DNA from: Clostridiaceae bacterium
GTDB lineage: Bacteria > Bacillota > Clostridia > Saccharofermentanales > DTU023
Direction: 5' to 3'
NCBI GenBank assembly: GCA_012838355.1
Contig: DUPJ01000092.1
Location: 4,119-68,118 of the forward strand
Length of the DNA stretch: 64,000 bases
Positions 37,895 to 45,851 of this stretch are shown piece after piece; positions within the stretch are counted from its first letter, which is position 1; each line of letters begins with the position of its first letter. The position numbers were made by a program, and so were the translations under genes. Under the pieces are notes generated by a model that ran no database searches, was not told where the DNA came from, and was given only the letters and a program-made list of their open reading frames with translations.

Positions 37895-38137
37895 ATGGCT
37901 GAAATTAAATTCGAAATTATCAAGGAGATCGCGGTGCTCTCGTCGAGTAAATCCGGCTGGAACCGTGAATTGAATCTTGTGAGCTGGAACAACAACAAAC
38001 CGAAACTGGACATTCGCGACTGGGCGCCGGACCATGCCAGAACGGGCAAAGGCATTACGCTGAGCCGTGAGGAAGCCGCTATCCTGCGGGAAGTGCTTGA
38101 AGACTTGTCGCTGGACGATCTGATGGGCGAAGGCTGA
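37895..38137 (+). CDS. YdbC-like PC4-fold single-stranded-DNA-binding protein
   Basis: 80 aa from ATG 37895 (AAGGAGAG SD). MAEIKFEIIKEIAVLS..GWNRELNLVSWNNNKPKLDIRDWAPDH...GKGITLSREEA closely parallels Lactococcus YdbC as I recall it. Confidence 0.7.
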   Translation: MAEIKFEIIKEIAVLSSSKSGWNRELNLVSWNNNKPKLDIRDWAPDHARTGKGITLSREEAAILREVLEDLSLDDLMGEG

Positions 38138-38156
38138 CGGTTAATACGGCAAGCAT

Positions 38157-38206
38157 AAAAGGAGGGACGTTTCGGGAAACAAGCCCATTGGAACGCCCCT
38201 CTTTTT
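38157..38206. terminator. Probable bidirectional terminator between the ydbC-like and sortase genes
   Basis: AAAAGGAGGGACGTT ... AACGCCCCTCTTTTT is an imperfect long stem (one A/C mismatch) flanked by A- and T-tracts. Confidence 0.5.
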
Positions 38207-38230
38207 CATTGCGAGTCTGCTTCGCACGCA

Positions 38231-39001
38231 TTAGCGGGTAACAGGTATGACCTCAACCAGATGGCTGTAGATGAGCAATCGCTGCTCAGCTGTCGGCGTG
38301 CAGGTCACGAGAATCAGTCTGGCGTCGGTTGTCGGCGCAGTAATTGATGCGAGCAGGTCCTGCGGATAGATGATAAGCTGGCGATCGACCTGGTAGACAT
38401 AAACGGCATCATATGTGGTTACGATCAGCTGATCGCCCTGGATGACTTCGTTCAGACGGTTGAAGTGGCGCCCGTAATCTTGCATGTAATGGCCGAAAAT
38501 GACGGCATTGCCCTGCTCTCCAAAGCGCTGTCCGGGACTCCAATGACCGACCGCCAGACGTATGGCATAAAGTGTCGCTTCATTTGCCACGGGAATCGTC
38601 AGGTCAATCTTCGGAATCTGCAGGGTAGCATACAGATTGACGATCTCAGCTGGCCGGATCGCATCATCCTCGTCGGCCTCGCCTGTCTCGTTCGCCTCAG
38701 TCTCGCCGGGCTGCAGTTCTTCCTCAAATACGAGCTGTTCCAGTTCCTCGCCGGCAACCCGGTATTCATCTCTGCCGATAACCACAGTCACCGAAGGTTC
38801 TTCAAAGTTTTCAACGAGACTCAGAACTTCCTCCGTTTTCTGGTCGCTGAGATAATTTATGACACGGGGCCTGGCAAGGAAAAAGACTCCGGAGATGATC
38901 AGCACGGCGATCAGGATGTTCAAAAACCAGCTGACGGCGCGTCTTTTTCGTTTTTGCCCCGTGCCCTGCCGGTTCTGCTGACTGTCAGTTTTCTTATTCA
39001 T
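38231..39001 (-). CDS. Sortase family transpeptidase
   Basis: An N-terminal TM anchor is present. The catalytic His lies in AVIFGH, the Cys in RLILVTCTP, and the downstream Arg in QRLLIY. There is an acidic linker insertion. The class cannot be determined by eye. Confidence 0.8.
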   Translation of the reverse strand: MNKKTDSQQNRQGTGQKRKRRAVSWFLNILIAVLIISGVFFLARPRVINYLSDQKTEEVLSLVENFEEPSVTVVIGRDEYRVAGEELEQLVFEEELQPGETEANETGEADEDDAIRPAEIVNLYATLQIPKIDLTIPVANEATLYAIRLAVGHWSPGQRFGEQGNAVIFGHYMQDYGRHFNRLNEVIQGDQLIVTTYDAVYVYQVDRQLIIYPQDLLASITAPTTDARLILVTCTPTAEQRLLIYSHLVEVIPVTR

Positions 39002-39177
39002 AAATACCTCGCACGGCTTGCAGATTCATTGCATAAGTATAACGCGTCAGACTGAAGGCGACCGTCAGCGTGTTACCGCCTTGACAGAATCCGGCGGTTA
39101 AAACTTGAATATTTTGCCGCAAATCGATACGCTACCAGATGATTATAAAGCGGCCGCAGGCGGCAGGAGGATAAGGA

Positions 39178-41043
39178 ATGGACATAAAAAAAGGACAGGT
39201 AGGCGTCACGACAGAGAATATTTTTCCCATCATTCGTCAGTGGCTTTACTCGGATAAGGATATTTTTCTGCGTGAGCTTGTCTCCAATGCAGCCGATGCA
39301 CTGTCGAAACTGAGTCGTTTGCGCCTGATGGGACAGGCGGATGACGACGAGACTGAACTTGCGATCGACATTGTCTTTGACAAAGACGCGGGTACGCTGA
39401 CCATTTCAGACAACGGCATCGGCATGACAATGGCGGAAATCGAGAAATACATTAACCAGATCGCCTATTCGGGCATGGTTGATTTTGCCGAGCGATTCAA
39501 GGAGGAGGGCGCCGACGGCGGCGCGTTTATCGGCCATTTCGGTCTTGGCTTTTATTCAGCCTTCATGGTGGCGGATCGGGTGCGCATCGAAAGCAAATCC
39601 TATGCGAACGAGCCGGCAGCTTACTGGCAAAGCGAGGATGGCATCGATTACGAGATGGGGGCGACAGAAAAGAACACACGCGGATCGTCGATCATTCTCA
39701 CGCTGAACGATGAAGCCAGGAAACAGTTTGATACACATTCGCTGCAGCGCATCCTGACCAAGTACGTCGGTTTCATGTCATGGCCCATCTATTTCGTGGA
39801 TACGGCTGCTGCGGAGGGGGAGAGCGAACCGGCCAGAAATCTGGTGAACGACGTGAATCCGCTTTGGAAGAAATCGCCGTCACAGATTTCGGATGACGAA
39901 TACAAGGCATTTTACAAAAAGGTATTCGGCGACATGCGTGATCCGCTGTTCTGGATTCACCTGAACATGGACTATCCGTTCCGTTTGCAGGGCATTTTGT
40001 ACTTCCCGCGAACCGACAACATGTACGAGTCGCTGGAAGGGCGGATAAAGATTTACTACAACCAGGTATTCGTGGCTGACAATATCAAGGAAATTATTCC
40101 GGATTTTCTCTTTCTCCTGCGCGGTACGCTTGACGCTCCTGATCTGCCTCTGAACGTGTCGCGCAGTTTTCTGCAAAATGATACGTACGTCAATAAGCTG
40201 TCCGGTCATATCATCCGGAAGGTGGCCGACAAACTGGTCAGTCTGGCAAAAGACGATTTTGAGACATACGCTTCCTATTGGAAGGATATTGCCCTCTTCG
40301 TCAAGTACGGCATGATGAAAGAAGACGCATTTGCAGAACGCGTGACTCCCGCCCTGATTTTTGAAACGATTGACGGACGTTATGCAAAAATGGATGAACT
40401 GACCGACGGTGATATTTATTACACGCCGGGGCAAAACCAGCTCGCCGCATACGTCGATGTTGTGCGGCAAAAGGATCTGCCCGTTTACGTGATGGATCAC
40501 GAGATCGACAATCAGTTCATGTCGTTCCTTGAATACAAATCCGAAGGCAAAAAGCGATTTGTCCGCGTTGACGCCGAGCTTGGAAAAACCACCGAAGGTC
40601 AGGAGGAGAAACGCGATCTGCTGGAGAAAAAATTCCGTCAGGTTGCAAAGGACGATACGCTGAAACTCCGTCTGGTTTCGCTCGGAAATGACGGACTGCC
40701 CGCCATGATCGAAGAGTCGGAACAGTCGAGACGCATGACAGAAATGCAAAAACAGCTGGAGCGCATGGGGCAGTCTGGCCTTGGTGACGATCTGTTCAAG
40801 CGCGAACGTACACTTGTGATTAACGAAGATAGCGCACTCATCGATGCCCTGGCGCGGGAAGCGATCCAGAATGCAAACGATGAACCGGACACGGGGTTTC
40901 ATGTCGCCGCTTATCTTTATGACCTGGCAAGGCTCGGTCAAAACGATCTGCACGGCAGCGAGCTGCTCCACTTTATGAAACAGTCGGCAGAATTGGCAGC
41001 CGATCTCGCGAGCACCAAGTTTGACACGGGCGGCGAGATTTAA
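39178..41043 (+). CDS. htpG: Molecular chaperone HtpG (Hsp90)
   Basis: GHKL ATPase motifs are present: ELVSNAADA, DNGIGM and GHFGLGFYS. Size is 621 aa. GGAGGA SD is present. Confidence 0.95.
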   Translation: MDIKKGQVGVTTENIFPIIRQWLYSDKDIFLRELVSNAADALSKLSRLRLMGQADDDETELAIDIVFDKDAGTLTISDNGIGMTMAEIEKYINQIAYSGMVDFAERFKEEGADGGAFIGHFGLGFYSAFMVADRVRIESKSYANEPAAYWQSEDGIDYEMGATEKNTRGSSIILTLNDEARKQFDTHSLQRILTKYVGFMSWPIYFVDTAAAEGESEPARNLVNDVNPLWKKSPSQISDDEYKAFYKKVFGDMRDPLFWIHLNMDYPFRLQGILYFPRTDNMYESLEGRIKIYYNQVFVADNIKEIIPDFLFLLRGTLDAPDLPLNVSRSFLQNDTYVNKLSGHIIRKVADKLVSLAKDDFETYASYWKDIALFVKYGMMKEDAFAERVTPALIFETIDGRYAKMDELTDGDIYYTPGQNQLAAYVDVVRQKDLPVYVMDHEIDNQFMSFLEYKSEGKKRFVRVDAELGKTTEGQEEKRDLLEKKFRQVAKDDTLKLRLVSLGNDGLPAMIEESEQSRRMTEMQKQLERMGQSGLGDDLFKRERTLVINEDSALIDALAREAIQNANDEPDTGFHVAAYLYDLARLGQNDLHGSELLHFMKQSAELAADLASTKFDTGGEI

Positions 41044-41109
41044 GATAATGCACTCGTAGACGAGGGGAGAGCATATCAGCCCCCTATTTTGTTGTCTGCA
41101 CAGAGAAAT

Positions 41110-42840
41110 ATGATGAAAAAACGATTTAGATTAAATGCCCCGCTTTTTTTCGGCTTCACTTCGCTTCTGCTGATTCTTGTTTTCGGTACCCTTTTTCTGA
41201 TCCGCACGGTGCAAAACCGTCAGCTGAAAAACGATCCCGTGTTCGAGCGAGTTGAAGCACCGGCTGTTACGGCAGCTGCGACGGAGGCGACCGACACTCC
41301 GGCAGCGGCCGACGAGACGAAAGACGACGATGAGACCCCGGCCAACACAACTGACAGTGATGAGAGGCATCGTGAGCCTGTCTATTACTTCGACGAGGAT
41401 GTTTATCTTTCGAGACGACTGTCAGGTGAGGATGCGGTGACGGCAGAAACGGACCTTGTTCCTGTTTCCGACACCAAGCCGGCAGAAACGAATGCGGCTT
41501 TCGCAGCAACGGGACGTTATCGCCAGACGACGGTCGTCAGTCAATTCCGCCGTGAACCGAACGTCTTCGCATCCGCACACCGAGAATTGTGGGCCGGCGA
41601 ACAGGTCTTTGAAATCAGCAGCAACGGCACGTGGTCCCGCGTCCGTGATGCAAACGGGATTGAAGGCTACGTTTCATCGCCGCTCCTGGCTGCATTGACC
41701 GTGCAGGCGACGGCTGCACCGACGCAGGCGGCAACGGCTGCTCCGACGGCTAAACCGACCGCTGGCTATCAGGCCGTGAACCGAACGCGCTACATTGTGC
41801 AGGGCGTCGTGAATGTGCGGCAGAGCGATTCGGTTTACAGCACACTGCTGACTTCACTGCCGGTTGGCTCGTCGCTGACGGAAATTGCCGTCGGTCCGGA
41901 ATGGTCCCGTGTCAGGCTAAATGACGGCCGAACGGGCTATGTGGTCACATCATTGCTTTCCGCCGCGCCGGCAGCGACTGCACCGCCGACGGCTGCTCCG
42001 ACGAGCCCGCCGACAGCAGCGCCAACCAGTGCGCCAACATCAGCGCCGACCAGCCCGCCGACGACGGCGCCGCCTCAGTTTGCACCCGCTGACAAAGTGC
42101 AGTACATCACGGCCGGTACGGCAAATGTGCGTGCCGCCGCATCCACGTCTGCCAATGTGCTGACCAGCCTGCCGCAGGGATCGAGTGTCTATGTGACGGG
42201 GGTTGGCAGCGAATGGTCCCGCATCTCCCTGTCATCCGGCCAGATCGGCTATATTTACAATACGCTTCTCAGTGATACGAAACCTGCAGCGCCAACATCC
42301 CCGCCGACATCGGCGCCCACGTCTCCGCCGACCGCAGCGCCGACGACACCGCCTGCAAGCGGACTTTCCTTTGCGCGACCGGGCAGTGCCTCCGCGGCCG
42401 TGCACAATCTTGAGCAGATTCGTCCGTATATCCGGGCGAACGGCGACAAGCACTACAGCTCCTTTACGGTAAACGGCAACAATACGATTACGGTTGACGG
42501 TTTGACGCTTGCGTATCAGTCGGTGGCATCTTACGGCATGACCCACTACGACGGCCTGGCCGTCTCGGTGGCGATGGGTGAAACCCCGCCGAGAAATCGC
42601 AGCACAGCGAGCGGCATTCCGGCTCAGCGCGGACTGATTGCGATGAAACTTCCGGCCTACGGCGGTTTGCCTTTCGGCACGGTGGTTTTCGTTGAAGGAT
42701 ACGGCCTCGCCGTACTTGCCGACCGCGGCACGCTGTCATCCAAAACGCAGGTCGACCTTTGCTATAACGCCGGTGAGTCAAGCTACGTCCGGTATTACGG
42801 CTGGGCGATGCAGCGAATGTTCATCATTTCCACGCCCTAG
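41110..42840 (+). CDS. Secreted/anchored cell-wall protein: three SH3b-like repeats with Pro/Thr/Ala linkers and a C-terminal 3D (MltA/YabE-like) domain
   Basis: An N-terminal TM/signal segment is present. Three repeats end WSRVRDANGIEGYVSS, WSRVRLNDGRTGYVVTS and WSRISLSSGQIGYIYNT. The C-terminus GLPFGTVVFVEGYGLAVLADRG...QVDLCY matches the 3D-domain pattern. Start could be TTG 41089, ATG 41110 or ATG 41113. Confidence 0.7.
   Translation: MMKKRFRLNAPLFFGFTSLLLILVFGTLFLIRTVQNRQLKNDPVFERVEAPAVTAAATEATDTPAAADETKDDDETPANTTDSDERHREPVYYFDEDVYLSRRLSGEDAVTAETDLVPVSDTKPAETNAAFAATGRYRQTTVVSQFRREPNVFASAHRELWAGEQVFEISSNGTWSRVRDANGIEGYVSSPLLAALTVQATAAPTQAATAAPTAKPTAGYQAVNRTRYIVQGVVNVRQSDSVYSTLLTSLPVGSSLTEIAVGPEWSRVRLNDGRTGYVVTSLLSAAPAATAPPTAAPTSPPTAAPTSAPTSAPTSPPTTAPPQFAPADKVQYITAGTANVRAAASTSANVLTSLPQGSSVYVTGVGSEWSRISLSSGQIGYIYNTLLSDTKPAAPTSPPTSAPTSPPTAAPTTPPASGLSFARPGSASAAVHNLEQIRPYIRANGDKHYSSFTVNGNNTITVDGLTLAYQSVASYGMTHYDGLAVSVAMGETPPRNRSTASGIPAQRGLIAMKLPAYGGLPFGTVVFVEGYGLAVLADRGTLSSKTQVDLCYNAGESSYVRYYGWAMQRMFIISTP
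41962..42085 (+). repeat. Low-complexity coding repeat (APTSPPTAAPTSAPTS... linker)
   Basis: Reiterated GCGCC(G/A)AC / CCGCCGAC units encode (A/S)PT(S/A)(A/P)P. Confidence 0.7.
42281..42357 (+). repeat. Second Pro/Thr/Ala linker repeat in the same gene
   Basis: Encodes PAAPTSPPTSAPTSPPTAAPTTPPAS, built from the same nucleotide units as 41962-42085. Confidence 0.7.
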
Positions 42841-42842
42841 GG

Positions 42843-43676
42843 GTGAGTACGCTTAGACGATCTTTGCAGATTCGGCTCGACGCCTTGGGCATCGAGCCGA
42901 ATCGTTTGTTGGGACAGCACTTTCTGACTGACGAAAGTATTCTGGAACGTATCGTTCTGACATCCGGCGTTCAGTCAGGTGACGGTGTTCTGGAAATCGG
43001 TGCCGGGCCCGGTCAGCTGACAGCCTGTTTGCTTCGTGCCGGTGCCCGGGTCACGACGATAGAAAGAGACACGCGTTTTCTGCCGCTTCTGGCGGAACTG
43101 GAGACACCCGCCCTGCGAGTGGCGGCCGGGGATGCGCGAGCGATGTCCTTCACCGAGGTGCTGCCGGACGAGGGGGTGTCAAGGACGATCGGAAATCTTC
43201 CGTATTACATCACAACGGAACTGATTGAGAAATGTCTCATCGAGCTGCCGTATGCGGCAAGCCATACCTTTCTGATCCAGACGGAAGCTGCGCGACGGCT
43301 GATCAGCAGTCCGGGGAGCAAGGCATACGGGCCGCTTTCCGTTCTCATCCGCCGGTATGGCGAGGCCGCCATTCGTTTTCTCGTTCCAGCCGCGGCCTTT
43401 CTGCCGCCGCCGCATGTTGCCAGTGCCCTGCTTCACCTGGAACGGCGACAGGATCGACCGCCCGACAAAACGGATGACATGCTTGCCTTTGGCGGCTTTC
43501 TCAAACGCTTGTTTAAAACCCGGCGAAAAACAATCGCGAGTATCTGGAAACGCGAGTTCGGTCATGACGCCGCCGCATATTTCGAGACATTGGGAGTGAA
43601 GCCGGCGGACCGCGCGGAGACACTGTCGCCGGACACGATTTACCGGCTGTTCCTGTATTCAAGGGACGTTCATTGA
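42843..43676 (+). CDS. rsmA: 16S rRNA (adenine1518/1519-N6)-dimethyltransferase RsmA/KsgA
   Basis: GQHFL, the SAM motif LEIGAGPGQLT, and NLPYYITT are present. It uses a GTG start. Confidence 0.9.
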   Translation: MSTLRRSLQIRLDALGIEPNRLLGQHFLTDESILERIVLTSGVQSGDGVLEIGAGPGQLTACLLRAGARVTTIERDTRFLPLLAELETPALRVAAGDARAMSFTEVLPDEGVSRTIGNLPYYITTELIEKCLIELPYAASHTFLIQTEAARRLISSPGSKAYGPLSVLIRRYGEAAIRFLVPAAAFLPPPHVASALLHLERRQDRPPDKTDDMLAFGGFLKRLFKTRRKTIASIWKREFGHDAAAYFETLGVKPADRAETLSPDTIYRLFLYSRDVH

Positions 43677-43754
43677 ATTCGCGCCGGGCGTTCGGTATAC
43701 TTTTTTGGACGGCCCTGCGCCGCAGGGGTTGCGATCAATCAAGCGGGGGGAATC

Positions 43755-44213
43755 ATGGCTGAAACGATAACGGTGAAAATCGGCACAATGACCTACCATC
43801 TGCAGGCCGGCGAGGACGAGCAGTACGTGCGTGAAACCGCAGCCATTGCCGACGAGCTGGTGCAGCTTGCATCAAAGCGATATCCCGGCGTGAATCAGCT
43901 GACGACAACGGTCCTATCGCTTTTGAACGCCGTTGATGCCATGCGCCAGGCGCAGGCGGCAGAATCCGCCGCCGAAGCGGCGCTGACGTCAGCCGAGGCC
44001 AGAACGGAAGAGGCTGAGGCTGACCTTTTGCGGGTCAATGAACAGTTCTGGGAAATGAAAAAAGATCTGCTCTACTACCGCAATCTCTGCGGTGTCTACG
44101 AGCAGAAACTGGCGGGGGTAAATCCGGCTGCCGACGATAAAATTCAGGGACGAAAAAAACAGGCAGAGAGCGACTTGCAGCAGTCATTTGACGACATGAC
44201 GAACAGCCGTTGA
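43755..44213 (+). CDS. zapA: Cell division protein ZapA-like
   Basis: The N-terminal pattern VKIGTMTYHLQAGEDEQYVRETAAIADELV resembles ZapA (V.I.G..Y.i..e.e.y....A). It is followed by a coiled coil. Size is 152 aa. Confidence 0.55.
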   Translation: MAETITVKIGTMTYHLQAGEDEQYVRETAAIADELVQLASKRYPGVNQLTTTVLSLLNAVDAMRQAQAAESAAEAALTSAEARTEEAEADLLRVNEQFWEMKKDLLYYRNLCGVYEQKLAGVNPAADDKIQGRKKQAESDLQQSFDDMTNSR

Positions 44214-44252
44214 ACGTCAATGTCTGACAGTGTTTTTTCGAGAGGAGAAGGC

Positions 44253-44870
44253 ATGCGAGAACCGGTGACCGTACGTTGCCAGATGGATGAAAATGGCCGT
44301 TTGCCGCAGTACGAGAGCGGCGGAGCCGCCGGGATGGACGTGCGTGCTTCGGTTTCGTTCGTCATTTTGCCGGGTCAGACGGTTCTTGTTCCGACCGGAC
44401 TGAAGGTTGCCATCCCCGAAGGCTACGAGCTGCAGGTTCGGCCGCGCAGCGGATTATCTTACAGGACGACCCTGCGCATTGCCAATGCGCCCGGCACCAT
44501 TGACAGCGATTATCGCGACGAAATCAAGGTGCTGGTTGCCAACACGGCGTCGCTGACCGACTGGGGCACACAGGTATTAAACCATCCCGAACTTGCAGCA
44601 ACGCTCGGCGCTGACGATCGCGTGTGCACGCTCGAGCAGTTTTTGCAGGCACGCGGCATCGATTTGCCGGAACTGACACCCGGCGTGCATGTCCCGGTCT
44701 TCCTTGACGAGGACGGTTTTCCGCTTGGCACGGTGCGCATTGAAAAAGGCGAACGAATCGCACAGCTGGTGCTGTGCAAGGTGGCACAGGCAGTGTGGGA
44801 ACATGTTTCCGATGTATCTGAGCACGGACAAAACCGCGGCGGTGGATTCGGCTCCACGGGGACGGTCTAG
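44253..44870 (+). CDS. dut: Trimeric dUTP diphosphatase with a large internal insertion
   Basis: Motifs are I GAAGMDVRA, II RPRSGLS, III GTIDSDYRDEI, IV GERIAQLVL and V NRGGGFGSTG. About 55 extra residues lie between motifs III and IV. GAGGAGAAG SD lies before ATG 44253. Confidence 0.85.
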   Translation: MREPVTVRCQMDENGRLPQYESGGAAGMDVRASVSFVILPGQTVLVPTGLKVAIPEGYELQVRPRSGLSYRTTLRIANAPGTIDSDYRDEIKVLVANTASLTDWGTQVLNHPELAATLGADDRVCTLEQFLQARGIDLPELTPGVHVPVFLDEDGFPLGTVRIEKGERIAQLVLCKVAQAVWEHVSDVSEHGQNRGGGFGSTGTV

Positions 44871-44872
44871 GC

Positions 44873-45847
44873 ATGCTCGATATGTATATCTCACGGCTTG
44901 AAACAGAAAAACCGGAAAGCCCCGGCCGGCTGGAGCATTTGGATGCGTTCGAAAAAGGGGCATGGATCCGTCTGACGTCGCCGACAGAGGACGAAATCCG
45001 AACCGTTCGGCAAATAGTGCCGATTCCCGATGAGTTCATCCGCTACGCCCTGGACGAAGAAGAACGTCCGCGCATTGACTATGACGACGATGAGCATTGC
45101 GTGCTCATTCTGGTTGACCTTCCGTTTTTCGAAGGAGAAGGCACCGAAACGCGATATGTTACCATGCCGGTCGGCATCATTTTGCACGATACGGGCATAG
45201 TGACGGTGTCGCTGCGCGAGGTTCAGTCGCTTGAGTGGTTCAGCCGCGGCATGGTCAAGGAATTTTACACGCAGTATCATACACGATTTGCCCTGCAGGT
45301 GCTCTTGTCCGGAGCCAAATCGTACTTGCAGCTGCTGCGGTTCATCGATAAGGCGATAGACCGTGCAGAACTTCAGCTTTCGAAATCTGTCAGCAACGAT
45401 GAGCTGTTCACATTGATGCAGCTCGGCAAATCACTGATCTACTTCACCACGTCCCTGAAATCAAATCAGGCTGTGATTGAACGGCTGCGGCGCAGTCGCC
45501 TGATCAAGAAATATGAAGAAGACGACGACCTGCTGGAAGATGTTCTGATTGAATACAATCAGGCGCTGGAAATGGCAAATATCTACGCGTCCATCATCAA
45601 TGGCACGATGGATGCGTATGCTTCCATTATTTCGAACAACCTGAACGTGGTCATGAAATTTCTGGCGTCGATGACGATTGTGCTGACGGTACCGACCATG
45701 GTATCCGGCTTCTTCGGTCAGAATGTCGTGTTTCCGCACGATGCGGGGTTTTCCGCAAACTTCTGGCCATTTGTCCTGACGACAGGTCTCAGTCTCATCT
45801 TTGTCGGGCTGGCGATTTGGTATTTGAAACGGAAAGATCTGTTCTGA
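44873..45847 (+). CDS. corA: CorA-family (2-TM-GxN) divalent cation transporter, GQN variant
   Basis: 324 aa. The large cytoplasmic domain is followed by two C-terminal TM helices. The signature position reads VSGFFGQNVVF instead of the usual YGMNF. Confidence 0.8.
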   Translation: MLDMYISRLETEKPESPGRLEHLDAFEKGAWIRLTSPTEDEIRTVRQIVPIPDEFIRYALDEEERPRIDYDDDEHCVLILVDLPFFEGEGTETRYVTMPVGIILHDTGIVTVSLREVQSLEWFSRGMVKEFYTQYHTRFALQVLLSGAKSYLQLLRFIDKAIDRAELQLSKSVSNDELFTLMQLGKSLIYFTTSLKSNQAVIERLRRSRLIKKYEEDDDLLEDVLIEYNQALEMANIYASIINGTMDAYASIISNNLNVVMKFLASMTIVLTVPTMVSGFFGQNVVFPHDAGFSANFWPFVLTTGLSLIFVGLAIWYLKRKDLF

Positions 45848-45851
45848 GCCG

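Noticed and set aside
39002-39177. A search for a CIRCE/HrcA operator or other heat-shock element upstream of htpG.
   Set aside because: No TTAGCACTC-N9-GAGTGCTAA-like inverted repeat is present. Only weak promoter-like hexamers are found, so no regulatory call is made.
39880-40971. A 363-aa ORF on the minus strand, antisense to htpG.
   Set aside because: It is the antisense shadow of a highly conserved chaperone gene and has no motifs.
41060-41095. A possible terminator after htpG (AGGGG...CCCCT followed by ATTTTGTTG).
   Set aside because: It has only about 5 bp of stem, a 13-nt loop and an interrupted U-tract. That is too weak to call confidently.
41700-42360. Reiterated GC-rich short units, considered as a possible CRISPR or VNTR-like array.
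   Set aside because: They lie in frame within one ORF and encode Pro/Thr/Ala linkers between SH3b repeats. There is no repeat-spacer periodicity.
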